The notes: generated by a model not told the origin, from the sequence alone. Shown: positions 38,625 through 51,780, numbered from the stretch's first letter. The stretch: DNA of 64,000 nucleotides from Eledone cirrhosa (GCA_964016885.1 OZ024741.1:285324001-285388000), one strand, 5' to 3'. Numbers and translations: made by a program.

Positions 38625-41600
38625 ATGGATGTGTTAAGAGTAGGATGTTTGAATGCACGTGGCCTGGACTCAACTTGGAAGCAAGCAAAGCTTCTAAATG
38701 ACCTCAGGTCATGTAGTATAAATGTAATGGTTATCTGTGTCGATCGAATCAGCGTCGTGCGGCAGCTGGCCCCCACCTTCGATGACTTTGAGGTGCATGC
38801 ATCTCTCTGTCAACCTGGAGGTGGGGGTGGGGTTGTCGTACTGCTGCAAAAACACCTGGGTCTTGCCGTACAGGTTGTGCACTCGGACCCGGAGGGTCGT
38901 TTGTTGGTGCTAGACGTTGGCAGTAGTGAGAGTGCGGCCTTGAGACTGGTCGCCGTCTACTCCCCTTTCGGAGCTGAACGGCCCGACTTCTTCCAGCGTT
39001 TGGAGACTTTTCTGGGAACGTCGCGTTCCCTGCTTCTAGCGGGGGATTGGAATGACATCCTGGATTCACGTTGGGACTATGCAGGAGCATGTCCTAATAG
39101 AGGGGGGTGTAACAGCCTCAAGGGGTTACTCGACCGTTTTAACTTGGTCGATAGATATCGACTAGATTTTCCAACTGTGCCTACCTGGACTTGGAGAAAC
39201 CACAGTTGTCAATCTAGATCGTACTTAGATAGATTCTTAGTTAGAAGTAAGGATAGGGACATATTAAGCTGTCCAGAAATGCGCACGGTTGGCTACACGG
39301 ATCACAAATTAGTGACCTGCGTGGTCAATCTCGAGAAAACACATAGACAGGGTCCCGGTTACTGGAAACTTAATTTGTCTTTACCGGCAAAAGAGACTTA
39401 CAGAAACCGGATTAGCAGATTAGTTAAGGAGAGGTTGACGGGTGCAATCGTCAACAACCGATGGTGGGCATCTCTCAAAAGAGAGATTAGAACAGAATCA
39501 ATAAGTTATAGCAAGATGTTAGCTGCCGATAGGAATAGAAACGAGAAAGAATTAACAGGTAAATTAGAAGAGGCAATCAAGAGCGAAGATGTGGCCAGAG
39601 TGCTGGCATCGAGGACGGCCTTGAACCAGTTTTTCGATGCAAAGCACGAAGGCTGCGTCATTCGAAGTAAAATACGTGCTCTAGGTAATGAGGGGGCCAA
39701 AGCCGTTGGCTGGGCCCGCGTGACAGAAGCTAAGAGTGGAAATCGATCCACCATCCGGTCGTTGCAAGACGAAGATGGACGAGTGATCCGGGAGCCTAAG
39801 CAGATGTGCGAGGCCTTTCAAAAGCACTTTGCCCGATTGTTCGGGGGAGGCGAGGGTCCGGGCCGGGGCATGGATTTCGGTCCATATCTCGACGGCCTGC
39901 CGCGTCTCTCGAACGAAGAGGCAGAGTCCTGCGAGGGACCAATCTCGGCTGATGAGATCGGAGATGCGCTGAGCCAATGCAGCAGACGCAAATCTCCAGG
40001 TCTCGATGGTATACCTTACGAACTTTATTTAGCAATGCCGGTCTTCTTCTCCGAACTCCTCGAAGCGGTCTACTGCAATTGGCAGCAGAACGGGAGAATT
40101 CCTTGTTCTGTAGCCAAGGGCGTAGTCACGCTGGTGAGGAAGGACGAGAACAAGGGGGATAGTATAAATAATTTTCGGCCCATAACCCTGCTAAACACAG
40201 AGTTAAAGATTTTGGCCAAGGTGTTAGCAAAGAGGTTGGCGCTTGTCGTGGGTGGCCTGGTGGGAGATGCGCAGACATGTGCTATCCCATCCAGGTCCAT
40301 TCACGATAACCTCCACCTCATGCGATACATCATAGAGAGGGTTGGCAACAAACCCGGCTTCGGTGGGGCCCTGATCAACTTGGATCAGTCTAAGGCCTTC
40401 GATAGGGTCGACCATGGTTACCTGGATGCGGTGCTAGCGGCGGCTGGGTTCGGTCCTGTTTTCAGAGGCTGGATCACTGCCCTACATAGCAACCACATCT
40501 GTTCTAGGATCAAGGTGAACGGCTACCTTTCGAAGCCGTTCGAAATCACACGATCCATTCGACAGGGGTGCCCTCTCTCCTCCCTTCTGTACGTATTGAC
40601 TCTCGAGCCTTTACTGAGGAAGTTGGAGTTGTTGCAGGGTATCCCCCTGGAACCAGGATTGAGCAAAGCGGTGTCGGCCTACGCCGATGACGTAACAGTA
40701 ATGGTATCAACCGACTCGGAGATCGAGGCGATCGGTACCTTACTGGAGGAGTACGAAAGGTTGTCAGGAGCGAAACTCAACCGGGAAAAATCCATCGGGC
40801 TGCAACTCGGAACGTGGAGAGGCAAACCGATGCCTCCTGACGGTGTCGTCGGACACTGGACGGAGGGCCCGGTAAAGTTGCTTGGGGTCTGGTTTGGACC
40901 GGACCTCCAGATGGAAAAGAACTGGAACGAGGTTACGAACAAGGTGTTTGCACTAACCCAGAAATGGGCCAAGTGTAAGCTGTCCCTAAAAGGCCGGGCG
41001 GAGGTGGCGAACATTTACATAGCGTCCGTCACTTACTACCGCCTGACTGTCGTGCCTTGCCCTAAGGAAACACTCACCACCATGGAACGCATGCTCTTCC
41101 AATTTCTTTGGAAGAAGCGTCCTCCTATGGTGAGAAGATCCATCTGTTGCCAACAACCTTCGAAAGGAGGGCTGGGGATGCCGTGGTTGATGATGCGTAG
41201 GCACGCATTAAGGCTACGGCACCTACAGGTATTCCTCACTGGTCAACCGGTGTGGGCTCCGTTCGTGAAACGAGCCTTTCCGAGACTCGTCTCACTCACC
41301 GAGCTACAGTCCTGGGTCAAGCAAAGATCCGGAAAACTGGGAGACTGGCACACTGAGTGTGCTCAGGCGCTCAGGGCTCTCTGGCAAGCGGGCCAGACCA
41401 TCGGTGGAGAATCCACCTCATCATTCTATAGAGGGCTGGTGGCTAGCAGGGGCGATGACACCCTTGGAGAGTCGCTGGACATGGAAGAAGACGAACTGGC
41501 CAGCCTGTTCGGTAGGACTTTCGGCCCAGGACCAATGGACAACTTCCAGAAGTCACTGGTCTGGCAGTGCTACCGAGGGGCTCTACCCGTTCGAGAGAGG

Positions 41601-42062
41601 CTCTACAGACACGGGCGCCCGGGCAGGGATCCCTCAAAAAAGATTTGCCCTAGATGCGTGCGTCACGAAGAAACCGTAGCGCACGCATTGGTGCAATGTC
41701 CGGGCGTGGCTGATCTGTGGGGCTACGCCGAACAACTGCTGTCGCGGGTGGCGCCGATTAAATTGACCGCCGAGTCCGTGATGACAATCAAACCGCCTCC
41801 CCTCTTCACAAAGGAAGCAAAGGCGGTTTTTCTGTGCGTAATAGCCATGTTGAAAGAGGTTGTTTGGTGGACACGATTGAAAGGTCTGAGGTCAGGCAAC
41901 TTCCTCTCTGGCCATAGTCTGGTCTACTTCTTCCGATATCACTTCGGAAGAAGGATAAGAATGGAGAGAGAGGTGCTTGGCCACAGGCAGTTTTATGAAA
42001 GGTGGGTGATAGTAGCGAGAATGGCTCGTGTAAATGGGCCTTCTCTTTATACCATCCTGTAG
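38625..42062 (+). CDS. LINE ORF2 (APE endonuclease + reverse transcriptase + C-terminal Cys/His finger), Tx1-like
   Basis: EN motifs LNARGL, VYSP, GDWN, SYLDR, TDHK. RT motifs KSPGLDG, NFRPITLLN, LDQSKAFDRVDH, RQGCPLS, YADD. C-terminal CPRC...H...C. Confidence 0.96.
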   Translation: MDVLRVGCLNARGLDSTWKQAKLLNDLRSCSINVMVICVDRISVVRQLAPTFDDFEVHASLCQPGGGGGVVVLLQKHLGLAVQVVHSDPEGRLLVLDVGSSESAALRLVAVYSPFGAERPDFFQRLETFLGTSRSLLLAGDWNDILDSRWDYAGACPNRGGCNSLKGLLDRFNLVDRYRLDFPTVPTWTWRNHSCQSRSYLDRFLVRSKDRDILSCPEMRTVGYTDHKLVTCVVNLEKTHRQGPGYWKLNLSLPAKETYRNRISRLVKERLTGAIVNNRWWASLKREIRTESISYSKMLAADRNRNEKELTGKLEEAIKSEDVARVLASRTALNQFFDAKHEGCVIRSKIRALGNEGAKAVGWARVTEAKSGNRSTIRSLQDEDGRVIREPKQMCEAFQKHFARLFGGGEGPGRGMDFGPYLDGLPRLSNEEAESCEGPISADEIGDALSQCSRRKSPGLDGIPYELYLAMPVFFSELLEAVYCNWQQNGRIPCSVAKGVVTLVRKDENKGDSINNFRPITLLNTELKILAKVLAKRLALVVGGLVGDAQTCAIPSRSIHDNLHLMRYIIERVGNKPGFGGALINLDQSKAFDRVDHGYLDAVLAAAGFGPVFRGWITALHSNHICSRIKVNGYLSKPFEITRSIRQGCPLSSLLYVLTLEPLLRKLELLQGIPLEPGLSKAVSAYADDVTVMVSTDSEIEAIGTLLEEYERLSGAKLNREKSIGLQLGTWRGKPMPPDGVVGHWTEGPVKLLGVWFGPDLQMEKNWNEVTNKVFALTQKWAKCKLSLKGRAEVANIYIASVTYYRLTVVPCPKETLTTMERMLFQFLWKKRPPMVRRSICCQQPSKGGLGMPWLMMRRHALRLRHLQVFLTGQPVWAPFVKRAFPRLVSLTELQSWVKQRSGKLGDWHTECAQALRALWQAGQTIGGESTSSFYRGLVASRGDDTLGESLDMEEDELASLFGRTFGPGPMDNFQKSLVWQCYRGALPVRERLYRHGRPGRDPSKKICPRCVRHEETVAHALVQCPGVADLWGYAEQLLSRVAPIKLTAESVMTIKPPPLFTKEAKAVFLCVIAMLKEVVWWTRLKGLRSGNFLSGHSLVYFFRYHFGRRIRMEREVLGHRQFYERWVIVARMARVNGPSLYTIL

Positions 42063-42276
42063 GTAAAGAAGTAAAGGAGAGGGGAGCACCTTCTCCATGT
42101 GCTCCCCGGGCAAAGGATTGCACACTTTTTCGGGGGTGTGTGCAACCCCCATCACGTCCCCTCCCTTTTGAGGTTATTTTCGATTATTTTCATGTTACAC
42201 CCTTTTTACTCGATTATATGTAAACTCCCCCTTTGTATTTGTCCCTTCTTTTTATGCCTTTATGGTAAATAAAGAA

Positions 42277-42324
<48 letters not shown>

Positions 42325-42389
42325 GTCTGTTTGTCTGTCTGTCTATCGATATATCTATATATCTATTTATCTATCTATCTATGTATCTA

Positions 42390-42665
42390 CTAACTTTTTT
42401 AATTGCATTTGTGATAACATTTTACACATTTTTATTGTATGTAAACTTCCCCCTTTGTATTTGTCCCCTTCTTTTGTGCCCCTGTTGGCTAATAAAGAAA
42501 CATATCTATGTATCTATCTGTCAATCTATAACGTTGGGGATTTCGATTGTTATTTTATTTTATATATATCTTTTTGTTATTTATTAATGTTAAAGTTATA
42601 TGACTTTTTATGTAAAACCCGCAGTCATGTCTTGCAATGTCTCATATTTTGTACGCGCTCGTGTT
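42390..42665 (+). mobile_element. Two Tx1-like 3'UTR-only fragments
   Basis: TGTAAACTTCCCCCTTTGTATTTGTCCCCTTC...AATAAAGAAA (ends 42500) and GGGGATTTCGATTGTTAT...TGTAAAACCC, separated by degenerate (TCTA)n. Confidence 0.7.
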
Positions 42666-45600
42666 TTAAAGGCCTCCTGTCCCCTCTTACGAACAAACAC
42701 CATCACCCCACAAAAAGTACTTTTACCAACACCAACTTTAAAACCACCACAACAACAACAACAACGCACAAAACAAGCAAACACACAAAAACAAACAACT
42801 GTTCAACCACAAACAACAGAAAAAACACAAACAATTCCCCTGAAAAACACACTCCCACCCCATCCCACTCCATCCAACACTACCACAATCACACACACAA
42901 ACACACCATCACCATACAACATACCCATCCCACACGCCCCTGATGACGATTCATCACCAGGCGAGGCTACTTCTCCATCCCCAAGTGAAGATGAAGGAGA
43001 GCCTCGTAAATCAGAAAAACAAAAAAGAGACACCACAAAGCCACTAAAACAACAATCACCAACACGAACACACAACCACCAACACAAACAACAACACAAA
43101 CACCACCACAATCACCCCACCCCTGCCCACCAGAAAAACAAACACCAACACCACCCCAAACACAAATGCCCACCATAAAAAGAAAACTACAAAATGAATA
43201 ACAAACCAAAACAACACAACAAAAAAGAAAAACAAACAAAAATGCACATACATTAACACAAATAACAAAAACCTAATGGAGGTCGTCTCCCAAGACCCCA
43301 AAGTGTTAGAAACTGAGGGGAAACTTTTGTAAAAGCAGACACTTAACCACACGTAAACCTAATAAAGGTTTCGATAGAAACCTATCAGAAATTAAAAGAA
43401 CAGTTTTCACAGGACGTTGGCAATCCCTGCCAAAAACCAATAAACCATGTCCTGTTGAAATGTTTCCCCATCCCACTCAACACCCCCACCAGAACTGAAA
43501 TGGAGATTGAACAACCCGATCTCCTTCGCCAACTTTTCTCCACCAACATGGCTGACTTACGAGTTGGAAGCGTGAATGTGCGTGGCCTAAGGATGCCCTG
43601 GAAACAGGGCCAACTTTTAAACGACCTTAGGTCATATGGTATAGATGTAATAGCCATCACCGAGTCCAGGATCCACAACAGGCAGCAACTAAACCCATCT
43701 TCAATGACTTTGAGATCTACGCATCTCTCTGTCAGCCGGGAGGTGGAGGGGGAGTGACTGTGATGTTTCGGAAGAACCAGGATCTCGAAGTACAGCAAGT
43801 ACACTTGGACCCGGAGGGTAGACTGGACAGTATTAGACGTGAACAGTATTGGAGGTGGAGCCTTCAGACTGGTGGCCGTTTATGCCCCGACCGGGCAATC
43901 ACAATCGCGGCCAGACTTCTTTAAGCGTCTGGAGTCTTTTCTGGGAACGTCTCGCTTTTAGTGGGCGACTGGAATGGTATCCTAGATGCACGATGGACTA
44001 TGTGGGAGCATAGTAGAGCCTAAAAAATCGAATCGGCCAATTCCAACTGGCCGATAGATATCGACTAGATTTCCTGACTGCACCACAGTGGACATGGGCA
44101 AACCGCAGCAGGCCATCTAGATCGTATCTAGATAGGTTTTTCATTAGAGAAAAAGACAAGAAGATGTTAAGCTGTCCACAAATACACATGGTTGCCTATT
44201 CAGATCACAAACTAGTCGTCTGAATAGTCAACCGTGATAGAATACATAGACAAGGACCCGGATACTGGAAGCTGAAGGTGTTGTTGCCGGCACGAAAGCC
44301 TACAGTGAACGGATAAGTAGATTAGTTAAGCAAGAGTTGACGGGAGCCATCGTCAACAATAGATGGTGGTACTCTCTCAAGAGAGCAATTAGAGTAGAAT
44401 CGATAGGGTTTAGCAGAGAATTAGCTTTAGAGAAAAACAAATCAGAAACAGAACTAGTAGCCAAGGTAGAAGAAGCGCTTAGGAGTGGCAACGCAGCTTG
44501 AGTGTTAGCATCGAGAACGGCACTGGACCAGTTCTTCGACGCGAAACACGAAGGCTGCGTGGTCAGAAGTAAATCACGTGCTCTAGGAAACGAGGGAGCA
44601 AAAGCTGTTAGCTGGGCCCGAGTGGCGGAAACGAAAAGTGGCAACAAGTCCACGATTTGGTCTTTGAAAGACCAAAACGGACGCGTGCTACTTGACCCCA
44701 GGCAGATGTGCGCGGCCTTTCAGCGTCACTTTGCGCGACTGTTTGAGCAGAACGACGGTGCACCGAACGGGGCAATGGACTTTGGTTCATACCTCGACGG
44801 CCTGCCGCGTCTCTCGAGCATGGACGCCGAGTTCTGCGAAAGACCGATCACAGCCACTGAGATACGGGACGCTCTGGGCCGCTGCGGCAAACGCAAATCC
44901 CCCGGTCTAGATGGTCTACCCTATGAGTTTTACATAGGCATGCCGAACTCGTTCTCTGGCGTCCTCGAAGCCGTCAACTACAATTGGCAGGAGAACGGGA
45001 CAATTCCCAGTTCTGCAGGAGAGGGCGTAGTAACGCTGATCAGGAAAGACGAGAACAAGGGGGACGAAATAAACAATTTCAAGCCCTTAATTCTGCTCAA
45101 CACAGAGTTAAAGATTTTGGCCAAGGTGCTAGCAACGAGGCTGGCGCTTGTCGTCGAAAACCTGGCAGGGAAAGCGCAAACGTGTGCAATCCCGACCAGG
45201 TCCATAACGACAACCTCCACCTCATGCGATACATTATAGAGAGTGTGGGGTGTAAGCCTCGGCTTCGGTGGGGCACTGATCAATTTAGATCAGTCTAAGG
45301 CATTCGATAGGGTCGACCATCGATACTTAGAAGCGGTTCTCAAGACGGCCGGTTTCGGTCCCGTTTTCTGGGGCTGGATCGTCGCGATGCACACCAGCAT
45401 CTGCGCGGTGGTCAAGGTGAACGGCTACCTATCGGAGCCGTTCGCAATCACGCGTTCCATTCGTCAGGGATGCCCTCTCTCCTCCATTCTGTACGCATTA
45501 ACTCTAGAGCCACTACTGCAGAAGTAGGAGCTTTTGTAGGGCATCGCTTTAGAACCGGGATTGCGAAGAGCGGCGTCGGCTTATGGCGACGACGTGACGG

Positions 45601-47113
45601 TAATGGTGTCGAAAACCTCGGAAATCAAGGTAATCGGCAAACTACTACAGGAATACGAAAGGTTCACAGGAGCAAAACTGAACCCAGACAAGTCTGTCGG
45701 TTTGCAACTCGGAACGTGGAGAGGCAAACCGATGCCGTCCGACAGCATCGTCGGACGCTGGACGGAAGGAACGGTGCAATTGCTCGGGGTCTGGTTCGGT
45801 CCAGACCTCCAGGTGGAGAAAAACTGGAACGAGGTCATGGCCACGGTATTTGCGCTCACCCAGAAGTGGGCAGAGTGCAAACTGTCTTTGAAAGGTCGAG
45901 CGGAGGTGGCGAACACTTTCATAGCGTCCGTCATCTACTACCGCTTGACTATCGTGCCTTGTCCCCGTGAATACCTCACCAAGATGGAACGCATGCTCTT
46001 CCAATTCCTGTGGATGAAGCAGGCTGCACTGGTGAGGAGATCCGTCTGCTGTCAACACCCTTCCAATGGAAAGCTGGGCATGCCCTGGCTAATGATGACA
46101 GGCCTTCCCACAACTTGTCTCGCTGACGGAGCTGCAGTCCTGGGTCAAGCGAAGACCGAAGAAGATGGGCGCCTGGCATATTGAATGCGCCCAGGCGCTC
46201 CCAGTCCTCTGTCAAGCGGGCACAGCAATCAGTGGAGACTCCACTTCAACATTCTAAAGAGGGTTAGTACTTTACAAGTGCGACGACTTGCTCGGGGAGA
46301 CTCTAGGCGTCGAAGACGACGGATTCACCAGTCTGTTCGGTAGGAATTTCCGCCCTGGACCTATGGACAACTTCCAGAGGTTCCTCGCCTGGCAGTGCTA
46401 CCGAGGAGCTCTACCCGTTCGAGATAAGATCTACAAACATGGACGCCCCGGCAGGGATCCTTTCACTAGGACGTGTCCAAGATGCGAGCATGACATTGAA
46501 ACCGTCTTGCACGCAATTGTACACTGCCCGGGCGTAAGCGACCTGTGGAACTATGCAGAACAACTGCTGTCGCGTATGGGACAAATCCAGTTGACTGCCG
46601 AGTCCATAGTAAGGATCAAACCGCCAGCCTCTTTCAAAAACGAAAGAGAGGCGGTTTTCCTCTATGATGAAAGAGGTTATATGCTGGACGAGATTGAGAG
46701 GACTGAGGACAGATGCCTTTCTCTCCGGACAACAATTGATTCCCTTCTTTAAGTATCACTTTAGAAGGAGAATCAGAGTGGAGAGAGAGGCACTGCACCC
46801 GAGTATATTTACTGAAAGGTGGGTGAATGAAGCGAAAATGGCCCGAGTGATTGTGTCTTCTCTGTTTATAAGCCTGTGGTTTAAAGAAGAGAGCAAAAGG
46901 AAGAATGGAGCACTTGCACAAGACGGTTCTGAAGTTGAGGGTTGTTCTATCGACGGGGTATTAAACAACCCATTTGTGGCGCCTCCCCCCTATTGGGGAT
47001 TTCGATTGTTATAATTGTTTGTTTCAATATTTTTACACGATGTATGTAACATTCCCGGCATGTGTCTTTGTATTGTCCCCTTTTCTTGTGCGCTCTTGTG
47101 GCAAATAAAGAAA
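42665..47113 (+). pseudogene. Degenerate Tx1-like copy (partial ORF1 from the zinc-knuckle end, frameshifted ORF2, 3'UTR)
   Basis: LKASCP, KPINHVLLKCFP, LRVGSVNVRGL, RQGCPLS, YGDD; multiple stops and frameshifts; ends AATAAAGAAA(TCTA)n. Confidence 0.9.
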
Positions 47114-47134
47114 TCTATCTATCTATCTATCTAT

Positions 47135-48318
47135 TTACCTAAGAAACAGGCCCCATTGGTGAGGAGATCCATCTGCTGCCAATGCCCTTCTAACAGGGGG
47201 ATGGGCATGCCGTATCTGATGATGTGCAAACACGCGCTGAGGCTACACTATATCCAGGTGTTCCTGACCGGTGAACATGTGTGGTTGTTTGTGAGACGAA
47301 CTTTTCCACAACTCGTCTCGCTAAAAGAGCTGCAGTCATGGGTCAAGCGAAGACCGAAAATGGGCGCTTGGCACCTCGAGTGCGTCCAGGCGCTACCAAA
47401 CGGAAATCAGCGGAGACTCCACGTCGACATTCTACAGGGGATTAGTGGAAGATAAGTGCGACGACATTCTCGGGAGACTCTAGGCATCGAACAGGACGAA
47501 CTGGCCAGTCAGTTCGGGAGGACTTTCCGTCTAGGGCCTATGGTTAACTTCCAGATGTCTCTGGCCTGGCAGTGTTACCGAGGAGCTCTACCAGTTCGAG
47601 ACAATATCTACAGGCACGGACGCCCTGGCAGAGATCCTGCCAAAATCTCCCGTCCATGATGCGAGCAGGTTATTGAAACCGTTCTGCATGCAATTGTTCA
47701 ATGCCTAGGGGCGATGGACCTTTGGAATTATGTCAAACAGCTACTGTCACGTGTGGGACGCATCCAGTTGTCAGCCGAGTCCATCGTGAGGATCACCCCA
47801 CCGCCTTCATTTAAGAATGAAGGAGAGGCGGTTTTCCTCTGTCTGGTGGCTATGGAGAAAGAAGTAATATGGTGGACGAGGTTGAAAGGACTGAGGGCAA
47901 ACACCTTCCTACCGGACAACAACTTATCCCCTTCTTTAAGTACCACTTCAGAAGGAAGGTGAGAGTGGAGAGAGAGGGGCTACAGCCCAGTAAATTTGCT
48001 GAAAGGTGGGTGAATGTGGCGAAAATGGCCCGAGTGAATGACTCTTCTCTGTATATAAACCTGTAGTTTGAGGAAGACAAAAAGTGGGAAGACGGGAACA
48101 TCTACAAAACGTGCTCCTGGTATTGAGGGTTGTTCTATCTACGGGATGTAAAACAACACCGCAGTAACGTTCCCCCCTATTGAGGATTTCGATTGTTATT
48201 TTATATATAGTTTATTGTTATATATAAATATTTAAGTTGTACGATTTTTATGTAAATCCCCCACCGTCACGTCTTGTAATGTCCCATTTCATGTACGCCC
48301 TTTTGGCAAATAAAGAAA
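47135..48318 (+). pseudogene. Degenerate 5'-truncated Tx1-like copy
   Basis: APLVRRSICCQ...WQCYRGALPVR...RWVNVAKMARV plus 3'UTR AATAAAGAAA, then TATCTATCTA. Confidence 0.85.
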
Positions 48319-49913
48319 GGTATCTATCTATGTCTCCCTCCCCCATCTCCCTCTCTCTCTTTTCATATGATGCTTTGTGTATCTATGGCAGTATAATACC
48401 ATGACAAACACTATCTTATTCAATGATAACTGAAATGAATTCCAGAAATAGAGTATACTGATACAGATTTAGTAACGTAGTAACAGTGACAGAACAAATT
48501 AATTAGGGTCATCAACAAAATTAATAAAACTAATATAAAAAATTGATAAATTAAATCAATAAATAAAAGAATATCAAAATTATTGACATAGACCCACACC
48601 AGAGCTAGTTTCACCAGTGCCAAGCTGTAAGTATCAGTTAGATAAATAAGTGCCTATTTCCACAATCTGTTGTATAATAATTCGGAGTTGGCATAAAATG
48701 TGTCGTATTTTTTTTCATGAAAGTAGGATTATTTGAGAGAGATTCAGGTGTTATTTCTGGCTAGTCAAGTGAGTGCGGAGAGGCTCCGTTTACTTTATTA
48801 GATCGTCAGAACCATATTTGACGGTAATGATGGAAGAAAGTAACAATCTTTCTGATGATGACGCCGATACAATATGGATGATGATGGTGATGATAATATA
48901 AACTCGTCAAAATTAAAAATAATAACCCCTTCCGTTGTAGACTTAAGACAAGGTAGTAAAATTGCAGAGTTCATTAGTTCCTTCAAGGCCATTCATAAAT
49001 CTGATTAATGGCAGTTAAAACTTAATCAAAATTGATTTCGAGGTATAGCGACAAGTCAATTACCAACACGCTACAGTAATTGTTAATTACATATGCACGA
49101 AGTCTGACATTTTTAGAGGATAAGAATTAGCTATAATCTTCAAGCAGATCTTATTTACAATTACGTAAAGAGGGACCATTCTATTTTGACATTCGAAGAC
49201 ATAATCACATTTTTAGAAAGGACTGGTAAGTAATTAAAATATGTTATATCAAGAATGTTGTATGAGTGAATCTAACAGCCTTGATTCGAGAGATAGATTT
49301 TAAATTAATTTGGATTTCGAAGTTGTCACCCTTGACTGGAATTAATCATTAAAGCAGTCGTTCTTTCTCTTATTAAACCGTAAATCAACAACAACATCAA
49401 TCTTTAGTTAAATATAAATATTTGTTTTGAGTCACAACAAACATTGAATAAAATAGTTTCTTTCATGAAGAAAGGTACCCAGAGAAAGTTTGCTCAACCA
49501 TTACCTACAAAATAATTTCCCCTTCAGTGTGAGAAATTGGTTCGAGGCCAGTATTAGATTCTGCAAACCTATATCCAACTACGCCTACGGACAAGAGAGT
49601 AACACACGCAAGAATTTCTTTCACAGTTTTAACAGTTGATTGTTTTTACAACGTACATTAAACCTGGAAAAAGCTAAATACACTTCTTATAGTGATCATT
49701 GGAAAGTATTCACAGAGAAAGTTAAGGTATCAATTTAGAAGTGAAATGTTTTCAATGTCCATCAACCCTAGTGCTTCTGTGGTACACAGGAAACTATAGA
49801 TAAAGTAAATTGAAGTCTATACTTCTTTGATTACATTCCCCAGAAGGAGTAGAATACAAGTCTTGAAATCCAAAGAAACACACTGTGGTAATGGCTATGG
49901 AAACGGTGCATTT

Positions 49914-50098
49914 GAATTGGCAGTATCGGTAGAGGGTTGGACGCCATGCTTTCTAACATAGTTACGTCCCTTTACGGTCTGAGTTCAAATCTCGTCGAGG
50001 TTAACTTTGCCTTTCATCCTTACGGGGTCGATAAAATAAAGTACCAGTAATGTACTGGGTAATTGCTGGCCTTGTGCCAAAAGTAGAAACAATTATTA
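49914..50098 (+). mobile_element. SINE family A
   Basis: Same consensus. Confidence 0.88.
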
Positions 50099-50909
50099 GT
50101 GAGAGGCCACAAACTGATGACCCTTAAGCTGGTTGTCAGTTACTCTATCGTTCTTAAACGTAATGAATTCTGAATAAAGCCTTGTATAAACAACGTCCAC
50201 ATTAGAGAAATATCGATCGCCATCACTACCTTGACGTTGCCGCCACCAATATTATCACATTACACAGCTGTAGTAGCAATATTTTCGTCAATAGAAACGA
50301 TGCATACTTTAAATACAATAACAGCTATAACCAGCAATCATCTCCACCATCAACATTAAAACAAAATTAAATTAAAACAATAGCGTTACATATATATATA
50401 AACAACCCCCATTATTATTATCACTTTCATGTCAACAACATACATTTAAAACAGGCTACCGCTCTCCTACCAATACCACTAGCATCTTGATTATCATTAC
50501 AACTACCATTTCTATCTCACTAGCCTAAAAATCATTAACAACAACTAAAACAATTCCTCAATAGTGAATCGACGCCAAAATGCCCATTCATCTTAAATAT
50601 GATGTTTTGAAATAGTTTTCACTTACCCCAAAAAAACATCTTCCCCAAACATACAATCTCTCTTCTTTTTTTTTCTATTTACCAGTACACCCCGGTACCC
50701 TTTGCTATCTCTATTTACTCTCCTTTCACCCCAGTAATTACGAACCAAATTCATTTCAAATTTCACGCTTTACTCAGAGATTAAGATTTGTTTTCCAAAC
50801 TTTGCACGAAATAAAACAGATATTTACAATAATAATATTAATAAAATAAATACATACATTACTAGAGAAGGTCTACAATTTAATAAAGCAATTTATTATT
50901 ATTTATTAT

Positions 50910-51014
<105 letters not shown>

Positions 51015-51607
51015 TCCTATCGTGTTTATTGTTGTTGCTCTTGTGGTTGCTCTTCCTTTTATTGTTGTTTATGGTTGCGTTTCTAATTTGATTGAAAATC
51101 AAAATAAACTTTTATCTTATTTCGCATGGTTTTGCCTTAGTTTTATAGTTTCACTGTTGATAGAAGTAAACTTGGCTAATTGCCCTATATTGTAATGTAT
51201 GGAGCTAGAGAGTGTGAAATCTGTAACTAACAGTTGAGATGATGCTTCTTTTAAAGACATTTCTGAGAGCATTTACATATTTACACACGTAAACACCCAC
51301 ACATTTACATAGATACTTCCATACTTAGCTACCTCCATGCATATATACACACATACGTACACACGAACATATAAATATGCGTGTTTATCAATTCGTACTA
51401 TAAATATAAAACACGATAAATATTTTTCTACAAAAACAATAAACAATTATCAGCTACAATATGTATGCATATAAACCTACCGACCTGCCTGCTTATACAC
51501 AGATACAGACATAGACACACATACACATATAAACATACATACACACACACACGCACACGCACACACACACACAGACACACAGATATCACACATATATATA
51601 TAGAGAG

Positions 51608-51776
51608 AGGAAAATGTTCAGGATCGCGACGGCAGAGCTCAAGCTGTTTAGCTGTCGAAACGGCCTGAGCTCGGCTGTCGGGGTCCTGAACATTTTCCTA
51701 TTACCCACTCTACTACCCAAAGTATCGAGTACTCTGGTGCGTTATGGTCCACCTGGTTCGTTACCACACTTCCTTC

Positions 51777-51780
<4 letters not shown>
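51608..51780 (+). mobile_element. Second copy of the short fold-back element family
   Basis: Hairpin 51608-51699 plus the shared tail TATTACCCACTCTACTACCC...GTACTCTGGTGCGTTATGGTCCA...CCTTCGTT, then (TA)n. Confidence 0.75.

Larger units (their letters stand above)
36460..42277 (+). mobile_element. Apparently full-length Tx1/L1-clade non-LTR retrotransposon
   Basis: 5'UTR, ORF1, ORF2 and a 3'UTR ending AATAAAGAAA; (TCTA)n on both sides. Confidence 0.92.
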
